NCBI GenBank assembly: GCA_004764695.1
Contig: SMSO01000035.1
Coordinates: 434,001-498,000, forward strand
From: Schizochytrium sp. TIO01
Taxonomy: Eukaryota > Protista > Bigyra: Labyrinthulomycetes
Length of the DNA stretch: 64,000 nt
Direction of reading: 5' to 3'
The position numbers were made by a program, and so were the translations under genes. The stretch's first letter is position 1. Each line of letters opens with the position of its first letter. Below, in pieces: positions 1 to 11,275 of the stretch. The notes under the pieces were generated by a model. The model did no database searches. It was given only the letters and a program-made list of their open reading frames with translations, and had not been told where the DNA came from.

Positions 1-2214
1 TCTGCTCGATCAGTGACCTCTAACTCAGAGGTAGCGACGCTTCGTCAGCCGTCGCTAGATCTTTCTGAAGTTGCAGCTCCGGATACATCGCGACTCATTA
101 GCACGCCTATGGATTCATCCTCGCTTGGCAGCAACAATTCATCACCAAAACCGTCAATTTTTGCAAGTGCTGGACATAGTATGTTGAAAATGAACGCACA
201 ACTCAGTACATTAAAACGTAAAACAAGCGGACGTCGTAAACTTACAAGTGCATCGAGTAGCGATGATTTACGACCACACAGCGCATCTCGGTCACAACTT
301 GGTTCCAGTGGAGTCTCATCTCGGTCGTCACCATTGTCGGCATCTTCGACACGTTCGGCAGGCTCTGAATACATCTTCCAGGCCGAGATGCCTTCTGAAG
401 ACTCCCGTAATGCAGTCGAAAGTCGCTCTTCAGCAAGATCATACTCATCCGCACGTAACGAGCTTGCTGTCGCTGCTGCCCGAGGTGCATACCACCAACA
501 ATCCTCATACCATGCAGGCTCTACGAATTATAGAGCTCAGCAGCAACATGCTGCCCATTATGAAGATCAGGAACACCAACAGCAGTATGACCATTATCAG
601 GGATCATCAACACATGCTACTGGTGGGTATACCAATCGGGAACGCAATGCTACCTCCAATAGGCAACACTCTACGGAGTCTCTTGCTAGTGATGCTTCCT
701 TTTCGATGACCTCTCCTAGCCCATCTGTATCTTCAACGGCCAGCTCACAAACACCAACAACAACATCACGAAATTCTCAACGTAGGCAAAGGAGCGCACC
801 CGCGCATGGGCATTCTAATCCAAGTGAGGCAACACCATTTGCTCAGACATACCCACACAGTAGCCACTCTTCACGAACGGCACCTGCTCGATCTCATCCT
901 GCAACCACGGTTGGGGACTCCTCCGCTCGTGGCAACAAGAGTGGCAGATCAACTCCTTCAGACACTAGCGAATACGGCAATGAGTATGAAGCTCCCCCCA
1001 AATTATCTGCGCGAGATGATTTGCCACGTACTGTGGATGGTATTGTCAAAGCTCTCCTCGATGATTCGCAATGGCAAGATCAAGTTCGTGCTTTAAATGC
1101 CATCAAGAGTAACCAACACACGAGTTTATTACCCCCGAATTGTCGGTCTGAGCCATTGGTCATCCAGGCAGTCATCAAACTTACCTCGAGCCTCAGATCA
1201 GTGCTGTCAAAAAGCAGTCTCTTGTGTCTACACTTTCTCATCAATGACAATGGTCGCTCTTATTGGAAAGATCAAACTTCTGTTTTGATTGACGCAATTG
1301 TTGCCGCACTCATTAAGCGTTCCATTGATGCAAGTGCATTTTTGGCTCAGGAAGCTCGCAGTGCTTTGGACGCCTGTGTTCAAAGCTTCCCTCCGGCCAA
1401 ACTTTCTTCGGCTCTACTCCAACATTGCCATTCACATGCTAACGCACGTGCTCGGGCGAATGCTGCTGCTGCACTTCATGCTATCGTACAAACTGCGCCT
1501 GCTTCTGCCTACGATTCTTCAAGGGTTATTTCGTGCGCCAAAGATAAGCTACTTCACGACAACTCTGTGGAAGCAAGGGCAGCTGCAAAGGGTATTTTGC
1601 TACAGCTCAACGAGACACACAATCTTGATCGTAAACAACAAATGCACCTGGAGCGAATTACATCTTCGTCGATGGCTTCAGGAAGTCCGCATCGGCGTAA
1701 GACCCAGGGTGGGGGTGGCCTTGCGCAGTCTAAAGGTGCTCACCAGCAACAACAGACTCTTCCCAGTAGTTTGAGTTCGTCCCGTTCCATTAATACTCTT
1801 GAAGTTCATGGCGAGTTATTGGCTAATCTGCATGCCCGTGAGTGGCAAAGTCGTTTGCGAGCATTGCAGGAGCTGCAAAGTGTTCTTTCTTCTCAATTTA
1901 ATCTGACACTTTTTGCTCAAGCGTGTGAAAGTGCACGGGATGCAAATGTCCGTGTGAAGTCTGAAGCAGTGCGCGCAGTGCGATCTGTGGCTTCTCGCTA
2001 TGCTGCACAGATTCCTGCATCGCAGCTTTCGACTTTGTTACTTCCTGTCGCAGCTGCTGCAGGCGACCGACCCACTCAACAGGATGCAGTAGCATGTTTG
2101 CGCGACTATCTCCGATCTAGTCCACAAATTGAAGGTGCTCTGCGGCGTCACTTGCCGTCTTTGCCACCAAAGGCCAAAGCTAGTTTAAGGCCTTTGCTAC
2201 CAACTGCTTGTTAA
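1..2214 (+). CDS. TOG/CLASP-N HEAT-repeat microtubule-binding protein (TOGARAM/crescerin-like), 5'-partial
   Basis: Frame is open from base 1 to TAA at 2212-2214. A Ser/Gln-rich disordered region is followed by two TOG-like HEAT arrays: 'LLDDSQWQDQVRALNAIK..SLRSVLSKSSLLCL..FLAQEARSALDACV..HANARARANAA..DNSVEARAAAK' and 'LHAREWQSRLRAL..DANVRVKSEAV'. Confidence 0.8.
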   Translation, partial: SARSVTSNSEVATLRQPSLDLSEVAAPDTSRLISTPMDSSSLGSNNSSPKPSIFASAGHSMLKMNAQLSTLKRKTSGRRKLTSASSSDDLRPHSASRSQLGSSGVSSRSSPLSASSTRSAGSEYIFQAEMPSEDSRNAVESRSSARSYSSARNELAVAAARGAYHQQSSYHAGSTNYRAQQQHAAHYEDQEHQQQYDHYQGSSTHATGGYTNRERNATSNRQHSTESLASDASFSMTSPSPSVSSTASSQTPTTTSRNSQRRQRSAPAHGHSNPSEATPFAQTYPHSSHSSRTAPARSHPATTVGDSSARGNKSGRSTPSDTSEYGNEYEAPPKLSARDDLPRTVDGIVKALLDDSQWQDQVRALNAIKSNQHTSLLPPNCRSEPLVIQAVIKLTSSLRSVLSKSSLLCLHFLINDNGRSYWKDQTSVLIDAIVAALIKRSIDASAFLAQEARSALDACVQSFPPAKLSSALLQHCHSHANARARANAAAALHAIVQTAPASAYDSSRVISCAKDKLLHDNSVEARAAAKGILLQLNETHNLDRKQQMHLERITSSSMASGSPHRRKTQGGGGLAQSKGAHQQQQTLPSSLSSSRSINTLEVHGELLANLHAREWQSRLRALQELQSVLSSQFNLTLFAQACESARDANVRVKSEAVRAVRSVASRYAAQIPASQLSTLLLPVAAAAGDRPTQQDAVACLRDYLRSSPQIEGALRRHLPSLPPKAKASLRPLLPTAC

Positions 2215-4215
2215 GCGAATAGAACCCGTTTTCTTATTTTGATTGACCTCAAGACTTTAGAACGCTCTCACGTCCAAATGCAACTCAGTACATATAACAA
2301 TGATATTTGGAAGGGCGTGACCCCTTCTCTATTATTGCTGACATATATCCCTAAAGTGCGTGAACTTTTGTGCATCATATTCAGAATTCCTTTCTAAACA
2401 TATAATAAAAAGTACAACGATATCAATGCTAACTGGTCGTCAGTTGCGTGGCTTCAAGCTAATAAAGATTTGAATGAAATGAAGTGAAACAGCTCTTAGC
2501 AGTGCGCGGTTGCGCTGCGAAAGAGCTACTGCTCTTTACATCAGAAGTTTTAATTTGCAAGTTTTCAAAGAACGCTTCTTGAGACCTTTGTATATTATAT
2601 ATAAATTAATGTGAATTATCAAGCCAAAAGCACTCAGACAGTCTGCTCGCTTGGTTGACATCGCTCAGGAACAATGAAATACATTAATAAAAATGGAAGA
2701 CATGACCAAAAATACAAATTAAAATATGATCATGTTTGATTTGTAGACCTCCTATAGGTCAACGAGTACGAGAAGATACTTCATAGTTTTGTTCTTCAAT
2801 CAGATTTAGCCATTCTAACGAATGGTTTGTACAGGGAACAGGAATTGGCTTAGCCTAGTTTGTATTGCAGACCAATATTTCAATCTGGAATATTCTGAAA
2901 AGGTATCGTAGAGTGTATTAGGAAAAATGCTTTGCCGATAGCAATGTAGTGGTCCAGCTTTACAGGCCAGATGAGCTTGCAAGCTGTATTAGATGTATGT
3001 GAGTGAATATTGGATATATGATACTCGAATTTATGAAAAGAATAATTTGTTCGAAAAACTAGCTGCTGTTTAAAAGCATGAGACGGTGACTTCAACAAGT
3101 CATTCTCCCCCGGCTCGTGTGCTCAAAGTTGTACTCAACGTTGTACTCGAAGTTATCCTATGATGAGAATGCATAAGCAAGCAAAAAGATAAAACAAACT
3201 AAAGACTTTTTGTTTGAACATCCGCACTGGGAAATACCAATGTTTTATCTCGCTGAATCAATTGAATTGTTTAAGTTGGCCTATGGTTTTCTGTTTAGCT
3301 GATGCCGAAACACTGTGCAAACCAGGTATAATAAGATGTATGGTTGCACTTGAGGCCCAGAAAGTGGTGATAGTCACCGTTGTTATCAATAAGGGGGCTG
3401 CAGTACCAACTCTATGAAATAATTACCCACCCTGGCGCTTTGGGCATTTTCAAGGCTCAACAAATGGAACAGATAAAAATAAAATAAAAAAGAACTTATT
3501 TGCAGAGTACCGCAACAAACAAACAACAAGCGAGTCGACCAAAATAATAGTTTCCCAAAACGTACTCAGAGGGTTTGTTTGAGATACTTTGTAAGCATCA
3601 AAGCCGACGAAAAGTGGATCGTTCTCGAACAACAAAGAAAGCTCACGTCCGGCTTAAACTTGTCTCATATCCAAATCCGAGATTCAGGAAGTTTGCTGAA
3701 GTCAATTTGAATTGCTTGGGCTTGGGCAAGATAATCTTTGTTTGCCTCGAAGCAAGGCCTTACGAAAGGAAGAAATGGAAGCGCGTAAACAAGTAAATGA
3801 ATTCAAACGATGGAAGTCTTTGATTTTCCTTGTGAAAAATGAGTGATTGTAGTGAAAAAAGTATAGAAGGGCAGGAGAGCTTCTCTGCCACGATAATAAG
3901 CAGATAAAAGAAAGCTGGCTGTATGTACTTGAGCAAGATGTAACAGGATGCATGTCGTAGTACCGAGCCGAAGTAGCGTATAGAAGAAAGATAAATGAGA
4001 TGGTAGGTATGCATGCACCTAGGTGGGTAAAAGATGGGTAGGTAGGAAGGTAGGTAAGTAAGCAAAGGTAGATATTAAAAAAGAAAACACACAGGCATCC
4101 ATGCATGCAAGCTAGCAGATTACTAGCAATGCATGCGGGGTTGGTCTAGAGCTGATCTAAAAACGTAGGTTGCACGGGTGATTAATGTGAACGTAAATGT
4201 ATGCGTGGGTGAAAA

Positions 4216-6474
4216 TTACAATAGAATGTCAAAAGAATCGTCCACAACGTGAGTTTCCATGTGCGGCTCCGAGTTAAGCGGCACAGAAACATCGGGAGCG
4301 TTATCAGTAGGGTCAGAAGAAAGCAGGTACATCAGCTCTTGAGAGGAGGAGGGCTCTTCGTGGGGTGCCAGAACTTGATGATGATATGAAGACCGAGTGT
4401 CGAGATTGTTGTTATTGTTGTCAATGTTCCGCACTGCATGTTGCGAGTCTATTCTATGAAGCCCGTGCTGGTTGTTGCTTTGGGGGATTTCGTGATGTGT
4501 TTGAAACACTGTGGACTGGGTGTGGTCCATGGGCTCAATGTAGTCCATAGCATCCTCGAAAATGTCAGGGTCAATCATATCATGGTCTGCTTGTGAATCT
4601 TGTGGCATCTCCTGGCGAGGCGACACCTCGTTGTTTATAAAGAGGTCCTGCATGTGCTCATTGGGCGAAGCACACTCGAGATGTGCCACGGGGCCCAAGT
4701 CCGCCTTGCTCAACATGCGGATTTCGCTGTTGTTGCCATTATTATCTGCTAGAGATAGGCGTGAGGGGGAGGACGAGGTAGGCAAAACAGTAGAGTTGGG
4801 CTTGCCAAGGCGCTGATTCTCCGAGTCACGGAGGTAGGCCTCGATGCGACCACCCTTTGATGTACCGTTTTGCACATCCTCCATATAGCGGAGCATCGAG
4901 GAGGGGGCAGACTCAAGTTTTGGAAGCTCCATAGCGCGTTCGATATGGTTAACCATGTGACCAGACACGGCACGTTTTGACGAGGAGACGCCAGCAGAGG
5001 ACTTTAAAATGGCTGACTTAGGCGTGCCAGTAGTCTTGGTCTTGATGCTGGTCTTGCCGTTTCCACGATTGCTCTTGAGGATACTGTTGGATTCAGAGGC
5101 GTCAGAGATAGAAATGTTGGTTGCGCCAGACTTTTGTTCCTTGATGAAATACTTTTGTGCATGGGTGCGAATTTGCACGTGCGAGCGTGACTTGACGTGC
5201 TCGGCAATGGCCTTCCAGTTGCGGCCGTGGAGCTTGAGGCCTTGCAAAAAAAGCTGGTGTTCTTTATCGCTCCAGCGACCGGTGTTGAGCGCAGACGCTG
5301 CTGAACTGGTGGTGGTTGAAGATTGGCCCGAAGAGTTGGTCGAGCTTGATGCTGAAGATGGAGAAGGGTTTGATCCAGACGTGAGTGTTTTCGCGAGCTC
5401 AGAATGGGATGATGTGGAAATTGACGAAGGGTCTGTAGGTGACGACATGGAGGAGGTATAGTGGCTCGAGGTTGTGCTTACAGATCCAAGCGAAGATGTT
5501 ACTGTGGACAAAGGGGAGGATGAAGTCAGGGAAGAAGGAGTGGATGTTGCTGAGGCAACCGACGAGAGGGACATGGATGAAACTGAGGCCTTGTGCAGCG
5601 AGGGGCCTTGTCCCCTTTCGCTACTGCCTCCTAGAGTCCCTACATCGTGATGTAGCTGCTGCTGTTGCTGCAGGTCTTTTATGCTGTTTTGATTGTTATG
5701 AACATAATGGTTGTTTTGATGTTGGTGACGGTGATACTCGCTCTCTCCGGTATTTGCAAAGCCTCCGGCGAATGCAAAGTGAGGTTGTTCTGTTGATACC
5801 TTGCGCCTCTTGAGTTGGTCGGCCTGTGTCTGTGCGGCTGTCCTTTCGTCAAACCTGGGTTGGTGCAGATTCTCGACGTTGGCCTCGCCCATGATTGAGC
5901 TTGTGGATGACCACCATGCATCCTCAGTGTGGGGGTCTTCATTACTGCCTAACTGAGACAGTGAGAGTCCCGACGATGATGCCCTCATCATCGTGCTTTT
6001 ACCAGCTTGATTCTCGGCCATCATCGCCGAGGGTCCGTTCATATGCGAGCTGTTGTGCAGGAATTGTGACGAAGGGGGCACGATTGAGGATGACGGATAT
6101 GAAGAGTTCATTCTCGAGTTGTGCGAGAATTGCTGTGACGCTGGGAGCGATGCGTGGCGCCCACGACCGTCGTGGAGATCTGCATTGCAATATCCGAGGG
6201 AGTCAGCTGTTAGTGTTGCCGAGAGCAGCGCGGATGACGGTTCGTCCCGGACTGGTGGCTCTGGCATCATGAACATGATAGCATCGTCAAAGCTATTGTC
6301 CTCGCTGTGATTCTGGTTCATGGCACTTAAGCCGCTGCCCAGATTTCCAGCATTTTGACCACCGTTCGAGGCAGGCCCATTGGATGTATCACGTCCAGAA
6401 AACGGATTCCAATCGTACGAGTGCGCAGCGATTGCCTCTCCCATGCTCTCGAGCTGCGGTCCCAGCCAGCCCAT
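4216..6474 (-). CDS. Single-repeat Myb-like transcription factor, SHAQKYF class
   Basis: Motif 'NTGRWSDKEHQLFLQGLKLHGRNWKAIAEHVKSRSHVQIRTHAQKYF' inside Ser/Asn/Gln-rich low-complexity sequence. First ATG is at 6474 (MGWLG). The track's extension to 6732 only translates microsatellite and poly-T sequence. Confidence 0.9.
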   Translation of the reverse strand: MGWLGPQLESMGEAIAAHSYDWNPFSGRDTSNGPASNGGQNAGNLGSGLSAMNQNHSEDNSFDDAIMFMMPEPPVRDEPSSALLSATLTADSLGYCNADLHDGRGRHASLPASQQFSHNSRMNSSYPSSSIVPPSSQFLHNSSHMNGPSAMMAENQAGKSTMMRASSSGLSLSQLGSNEDPHTEDAWWSSTSSIMGEANVENLHQPRFDERTAAQTQADQLKRRKVSTEQPHFAFAGGFANTGESEYHRHQHQNNHYVHNNQNSIKDLQQQQQLHHDVGTLGGSSERGQGPSLHKASVSSMSLSSVASATSTPSSLTSSSPLSTVTSSLGSVSTTSSHYTSSMSSPTDPSSISTSSHSELAKTLTSGSNPSPSSASSSTNSSGQSSTTTSSAASALNTGRWSDKEHQLFLQGLKLHGRNWKAIAEHVKSRSHVQIRTHAQKYFIKEQKSGATNISISDASESNSILKSNRGNGKTSIKTKTTGTPKSAILKSSAGVSSSKRAVSGHMVNHIERAMELPKLESAPSSMLRYMEDVQNGTSKGGRIEAYLRDSENQRLGKPNSTVLPTSSSPSRLSLADNNGNNSEIRMLSKADLGPVAHLECASPNEHMQDLFINNEVSPRQEMPQDSQADHDMIDPDIFEDAMDYIEPMDHTQSTVFQTHHEIPQSNNQHGLHRIDSQHAVRNIDNNNNNLDTRSSYHHQVLAPHEEPSSSQELMYLLSSDPTDNAPDVSVPLNSEPHMETHVVDDSFDILL

Positions 6475-6616
6475 CGCGCCTTCGTTGAGTCTCGATCGAG
6501 GATAAAAATAAACAAGTAGAAGAAAAAAAGGTAAAAAATTCAAACACCTCGAAATATGTAGATCCTGCAATGCCAATGCGCAGTCTGGGTCCCCTTCCGC
6601 GCTTGCCCTCAAGCTC

Positions 6617-6699
6617 GCCTGCTTGCTTGCTTGCTTGATTGCCTGCCTGCCTGCCAGCCGGCCAGCCAGCCGAGCAGCTCGATTGCTTGCTTGCTTGCT
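6617..6699. repeat. Compound tetranucleotide microsatellite (GCTT/GCCT/GCCA)n
   Basis: Directly visible runs gcttgcttgctt, gcctgcctgcct, gccagccagcc. Confidence 0.85.
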
Positions 6700-6879
6700 A
6701 GATGCGAGCGGGCGAGCACGCACAAGCCGCACGCAGGCAGCGAGACGCAGGGCAGGCTCGAGCGAGTTTGCAGAAGCTTTTGCTCGCTTACTTTTGCTCG
6801 CTTATTCCTTTTTCCTTATTCTCCTAATCCCTCCTAGTGGCTACCTAGCGCTAGCTCTGCCTGCTTAGACATCGATTTC

Positions 6880-7085
6880 TTGTTTGTTTGTTTGTTTGTT
6901 TGTTTGTTTGTTTGTTTGTTTGTTTGTTTGTTTGTTTGTTTGTTTGTTTGTTTGTTTGTTTGTTTGTTTGTTTGTTTGTTTGTTTGTTTGTTTGTTTGTT
7001 TGTTTGTTTGTTTGTTTGTTTGTTTGTTTGTTTGTTTGTTTGTTTGTTTGTTTGTTTGTTTGTTTGTTTGTTTGTTTGTTTGTTT
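6880..7085. repeat. Perfect (TTTG)n microsatellite, ~51 units
   Basis: Uninterrupted tgtt repeat of about 205 bp. Confidence 0.99.
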
Positions 7086-7143
7086 TATTTCTCAGTGTGA
7101 GTGAGAGACGTCTTTTTTCTTTTCGTAAAATTTTGTCGATTCT

Positions 7144-7236
7144 TCAATCAACAATCAATCAACCAATAATCAACAATCAATCAACAATCAATCAACAATC
7201 AATCAATCCATCAGTCAATCAGTCAATCAATCAATC
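7144..7236. repeat. Degenerate (TCAA)n microsatellite
   Basis: tcaatcaacaatcaatcaacc...tcaatcaatcaatc. Confidence 0.85.
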
Positions 7237-7726
7237 GATCAAACTAACTTCTTCAATCCTCTCTCCTCTCTCCTCCTTAACAGCTCACACAGACATACAT
7301 ACATAAATACCTACCTACATACCGACTCATAGACAGCTCCGTGAAAACGCCAACTCACCTGCAACTCGGTACTTAGCAACCTCAAGCCCCAAACAAATAC
7401 TCTTCGCTTTCCTGCGCTGACCTCGCAAAAGCTCTCTCTTCGGCAATGCATTCGTCGATCATTCTTCATCGCCTCATCAAATCTCGATCTGTCGATTGAC
7501 AAAAAATGCTTTCATTGGCCCGAATATCGACAATCGCCAACTTTTCGGCTCTAGGCCCCCTCTACCCCAAACGCTAACACCACCTTACCCTAAGCGGCGC
7601 CTACCGTTTACACTAGCCGCGTATTTGTTAGCATCAGCCCATGCAATCGAAATTCGAGGCAGTTTTTCAAATCTGCTGCTCCGGTTCAGCCCCTCTTTTT
7701 TCTGCGCTTCTTCCGCAGAGAAGAAA

Positions 7727-7795
7727 GTTCATTCATTCATTCTTTCATTCTTTCATTCATTCTTTTTTTCATTCATTCTTTCATTCTTTCATTCA
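7727..7795. repeat. Mixed (TTCA)/(TTTC) microsatellite
   Basis: ttcattcattcattctttcattctttcattc... Confidence 0.85.
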
Positions 7796-8060
7796 CTCCG
7801 TACGCGCGACTTTGAAAGGAGATAGAGAATACTCGTCTGGATGCCTGCTCACGATCCCTTTCCGAACGAGGATCAGCGGCGAAAGAAGTGAAATCGATAC
7901 AGGTTTCCTTCCTTTCGCCTTCTGGTGGGATGGAGTGGAGACCTTCGCGCGTCCTTCTTCTTCTTCTTCAGACTAGAAACAGGGAGGGAAGTAAGTGAAC
8001 TTCGCAACGAATTTTCATCAAAACTATTTTCCAAAGAATGGGAAGCTGCGAACCAAGAAG

Positions 8061-8287
8061 AACAAACAAACAAACAAAAGAGAGAAACAAAAGAGAGAAA
8101 CAAAAGAGAGAAACAAAAGAGAGAAACAAAACAGAGAAACAAAACAGAGAAATAAAATAGAGAAACAAAACAGAGAAACAAAACAGAGAAACAAAACAGA
8201 GAAACAAAACAGAGAAATAAAACAGAGAAACAAAACAGAGAAACAAAACAGAGAAACAAAACAGAGAAACAAAACAGAGAAACAAAC
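8061..8287. repeat. 13-bp minisatellite CAAAA(G/C)AGAGAAA, ~16 copies, preceded by (AAAC)n
   Basis: Tandem units are visible. The first copies carry G and the later ones C, with sporadic T variants. Confidence 0.95.
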
Positions 8288-11244
8288 GAAGTCAATCAAC
8301 AAAATGCGATGCGAGAAATTCAACACTGATCGGCAGAAACCATCGATCGATCGGTCGCTGTCCGCCGACGATAGGTTCGCAGAAAGCAAAAGCGGTCTTA
8401 CGCGCAGAAGGAGTCTGCAGACTTTGCCATCTACCTCACCTTACGTAAAGCGAGTGAGTGACCTTTTTGCACAAGACAAACAAACAAACAAACGCTAAGA
8501 GCCACCGCCTTCATCCTACTACTCCTTATCATCCTCGCAGAGGAAAAGAAAATTAAAATCTAATTAAAGTTGAAATTGAAGAAAAGAAACAAAAGAAAAC
8601 AAATTTGCTATCCGACATACTAATTCTTCGCTCCTTCTAATCAGGCAGATAGGAGCTCCCTACTTCTTCTTTCAACTAACCGTGGTCAGCTAGCTTCTTC
8701 CTCCGTTTTTCTCTTCAAACTGAGCGTTCCACGCTGAGAGGCAGGCGGAAAGAGCCCTTTTTTATCTCAGGGCGCCTCCACTGACTCGAGCATTCGCCAT
8801 GAAAAGCTGAAGTTAACATGGGCTTGAGAGCTTTGCCGCAATAACTAATACGTAACTAAACAAGGAAACCTAAAAACGAGGCATTCGCGAGTATTCAATT
8901 ATCTTTTTAGTCGCTTTATTCAAGTGAAAAACGTTTTTTTTTTTTAATTTTTTTTTTTTTTTTTTTAAGTGAATAATCGAAGTTTGTTTATTTTGCGCGA
9001 AGTGTCTCTTCGATGGGCAGTGCGAGCATGTTAGACACCCAGTTAATGTAAACAGTAACACATCCATCAGGAGGGGATACAGACAAAAGTGCCGCAATCG
9101 AGTGCAATGCAATGGAATGGGATGCAATCAATTGCAATACAGTGAATTAATCAATCAACGCTCTGCGATTCTCTTCAATTTCTCGCTACGGCCGTTCGCG
9201 ATGTTTCCACTTCGTGCGCTTATTGGAAAAGAACGCAAAAGTGAATAGTTCTTTGCTGTTTTCCACTCAGTATTCGCTCACTCATTCATTCATTGACATT
9301 TCTTTCTTGCATATCTGCGAGCAGCTGTCTATAGTGTTTCCACTATCTGGAGACCTACTCGCTTGCTGAAGAAAGCTCCTGGGCTCATTACATAGCAGCT
9401 GCTCTAGTAGTTGGTTACAGCCCGGGGAGTTGCTTTCTTTTTCTTTTTCTAAAAATAATGAAATAATGAAATAATTTTAAAAAAAAAAAAGTATTTGTTC
9501 ACTTAATCATAGCTGGTTATCAGATGAAAATCATGCGTGATCTCTTTTCTGCTCACTTCTTTAAAGGAAGCGAAGGAAAGAAAGAAACAACATCATTTGC
9601 CAATGCTCCAAAGAGTGTCTGTTCGAAGGGGTCTAAGGCCAGAGCATCTCTCTTTCTGCTCGCTAAGCGCCGCGTTTATGCGCCCACGGCCTCTATCGAG
9701 AGCCTTCTCCTTCGGTTTTCACGGCGAAAACTGTTCACTCATCACTCTTCGAAGAAAGAAATAGAGAAAGAAAGAAAGAAAGAAAGAAAGAAAAGGGACC
9801 TTCAGAGCTGAAGGTCATTAAAGTGATAGCTAGCTCGCAATAGAAGGTACTTCGGCAGAGACTTTTACAAAAAAAATAGAGAAAGGACACGCAATACCAC
9901 GAGAAAAGCTCAAGTCCTTTGCTCTTTCCTGTCTCCTTCTGCCCACTTAGAAGGCTTTCTTTTATGCCCCAATAACAAACCAAGCTCCCAAACCAACCCA
10001 TCAATGTAGTATATCGAACTATATGGAGGGAGCCTTTTCCATTATCATAGGCACTCCAGCCTTGAAACAGATGATAGGACCAATAGGGGAACGACATCTA
10101 TTACAAAACCACGGTACACAGCAGAGAAGAAAGTTCTTCTTCATTTCAGGCTAAGCTAAGGAAGAAAAAGGCCGCCAAGAATATGGACTTCACGAGGAAT
10201 ATTCGATGTCAAAGCCGAAGGGCCCTGGGAAAAGCACTAGTCAGCCGCGCCTCGTGCCCATAATTAGGCTGCCTACAACAGCCTGGACTCCGTCCTTCCC
10301 ATCGCCCAATCGATTTCAATACCCTACAGATAACATGAGATGGACATAATTGAACATACTATGTGCATAGTGGTACATAAGTGCCGCTACGAGCGCGCTA
10401 GAGCTTCGTTAGCGATTGCTATCCCCTGAAATATCTTATGCAAACAGTAATGGGGGTGCTAATGATTGGGAAAAAACGACCGGGATTAGGGTAAACGCTA
10501 GGTAGATGGCTTAGATTCACACGAAGGGTAGCCACCAGATAGGCTTTGCTAAGGGTCTGCCTTTTCTGCAGAAAAGAAAGCTCGTAGTTTGACTCTAGAT
10601 GACTCTTATGGCGCATGCTGTTAGCTTTAGTTCTTCATTTTTCTTCTTCTTCAAGCAAGAAGACGGAGAAAATGGTCCTTCGAAGTTGGTTCAATCCTAA
10701 TTTAAAAAAAGGAAGAAAGAGGCCACATTTGGAAGAAGGGCACAAAAGAGAGGAAGGAAGCCCCAAAAAAGTTTTGAAAAAGTTTCCAACCAAGTCGTCC
10801 TTCATCGTTTTAAATTTAACATACTTTCTCCTCTTCGCGACCATCTTATAGTTAGTATCAAATGGTATGGCTATCCTTCGTTGAGATGTTTAATTTATTT
10901 ATTCAATTGAAAAAGGAAGAATGAAAACTTGTTGGCGCCGCTTGTTCTGGCGAAAACACCCAAAGAAACCACTGCAGAACAGCCAAAAGCCGCTCCGGTA
11001 CTATCGCGCTAAGCACCAGACACGTATTTGGCACCTATCGCTTCTTACAAACATGCCGCCACAGGTTCACCGTCGCCAATTGTAATATTATTCCACGCGC
11101 CACACATTTACAGTAACGCAAGAGACAGCAGCGAGCGCTTAAGAAAAATAACTATGCTTTTTTTTCTTTCTTTATTTATAAAAAAATAGTTTTGAACGAT
11201 CGAGAAAGGCAGATTTTGAAAGCGATGTTGAAGAAACGAAACAA

Positions 11245-11270
<26 letters not shown>
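11245..11270. repeat. (AG)n microsatellite
   Basis: Directly visible. Confidence 0.9.

Positions 11271-11275
<5 letters not shown>

Noticed and set aside
6475-6732. N-terminal extension of the Myb ORF
   Set aside because: Non-ATG start; it translates microsatellite and poly-T sequence.
6880-8498. ORFs such as (FVCL)n and (RETKQRNK)n
   Set aside because: Translations of micro- and minisatellites.
10621-10700. tRNA-like B-box GGTTCAATCC
   Set aside because: No matching A-box or cloverleaf stems.
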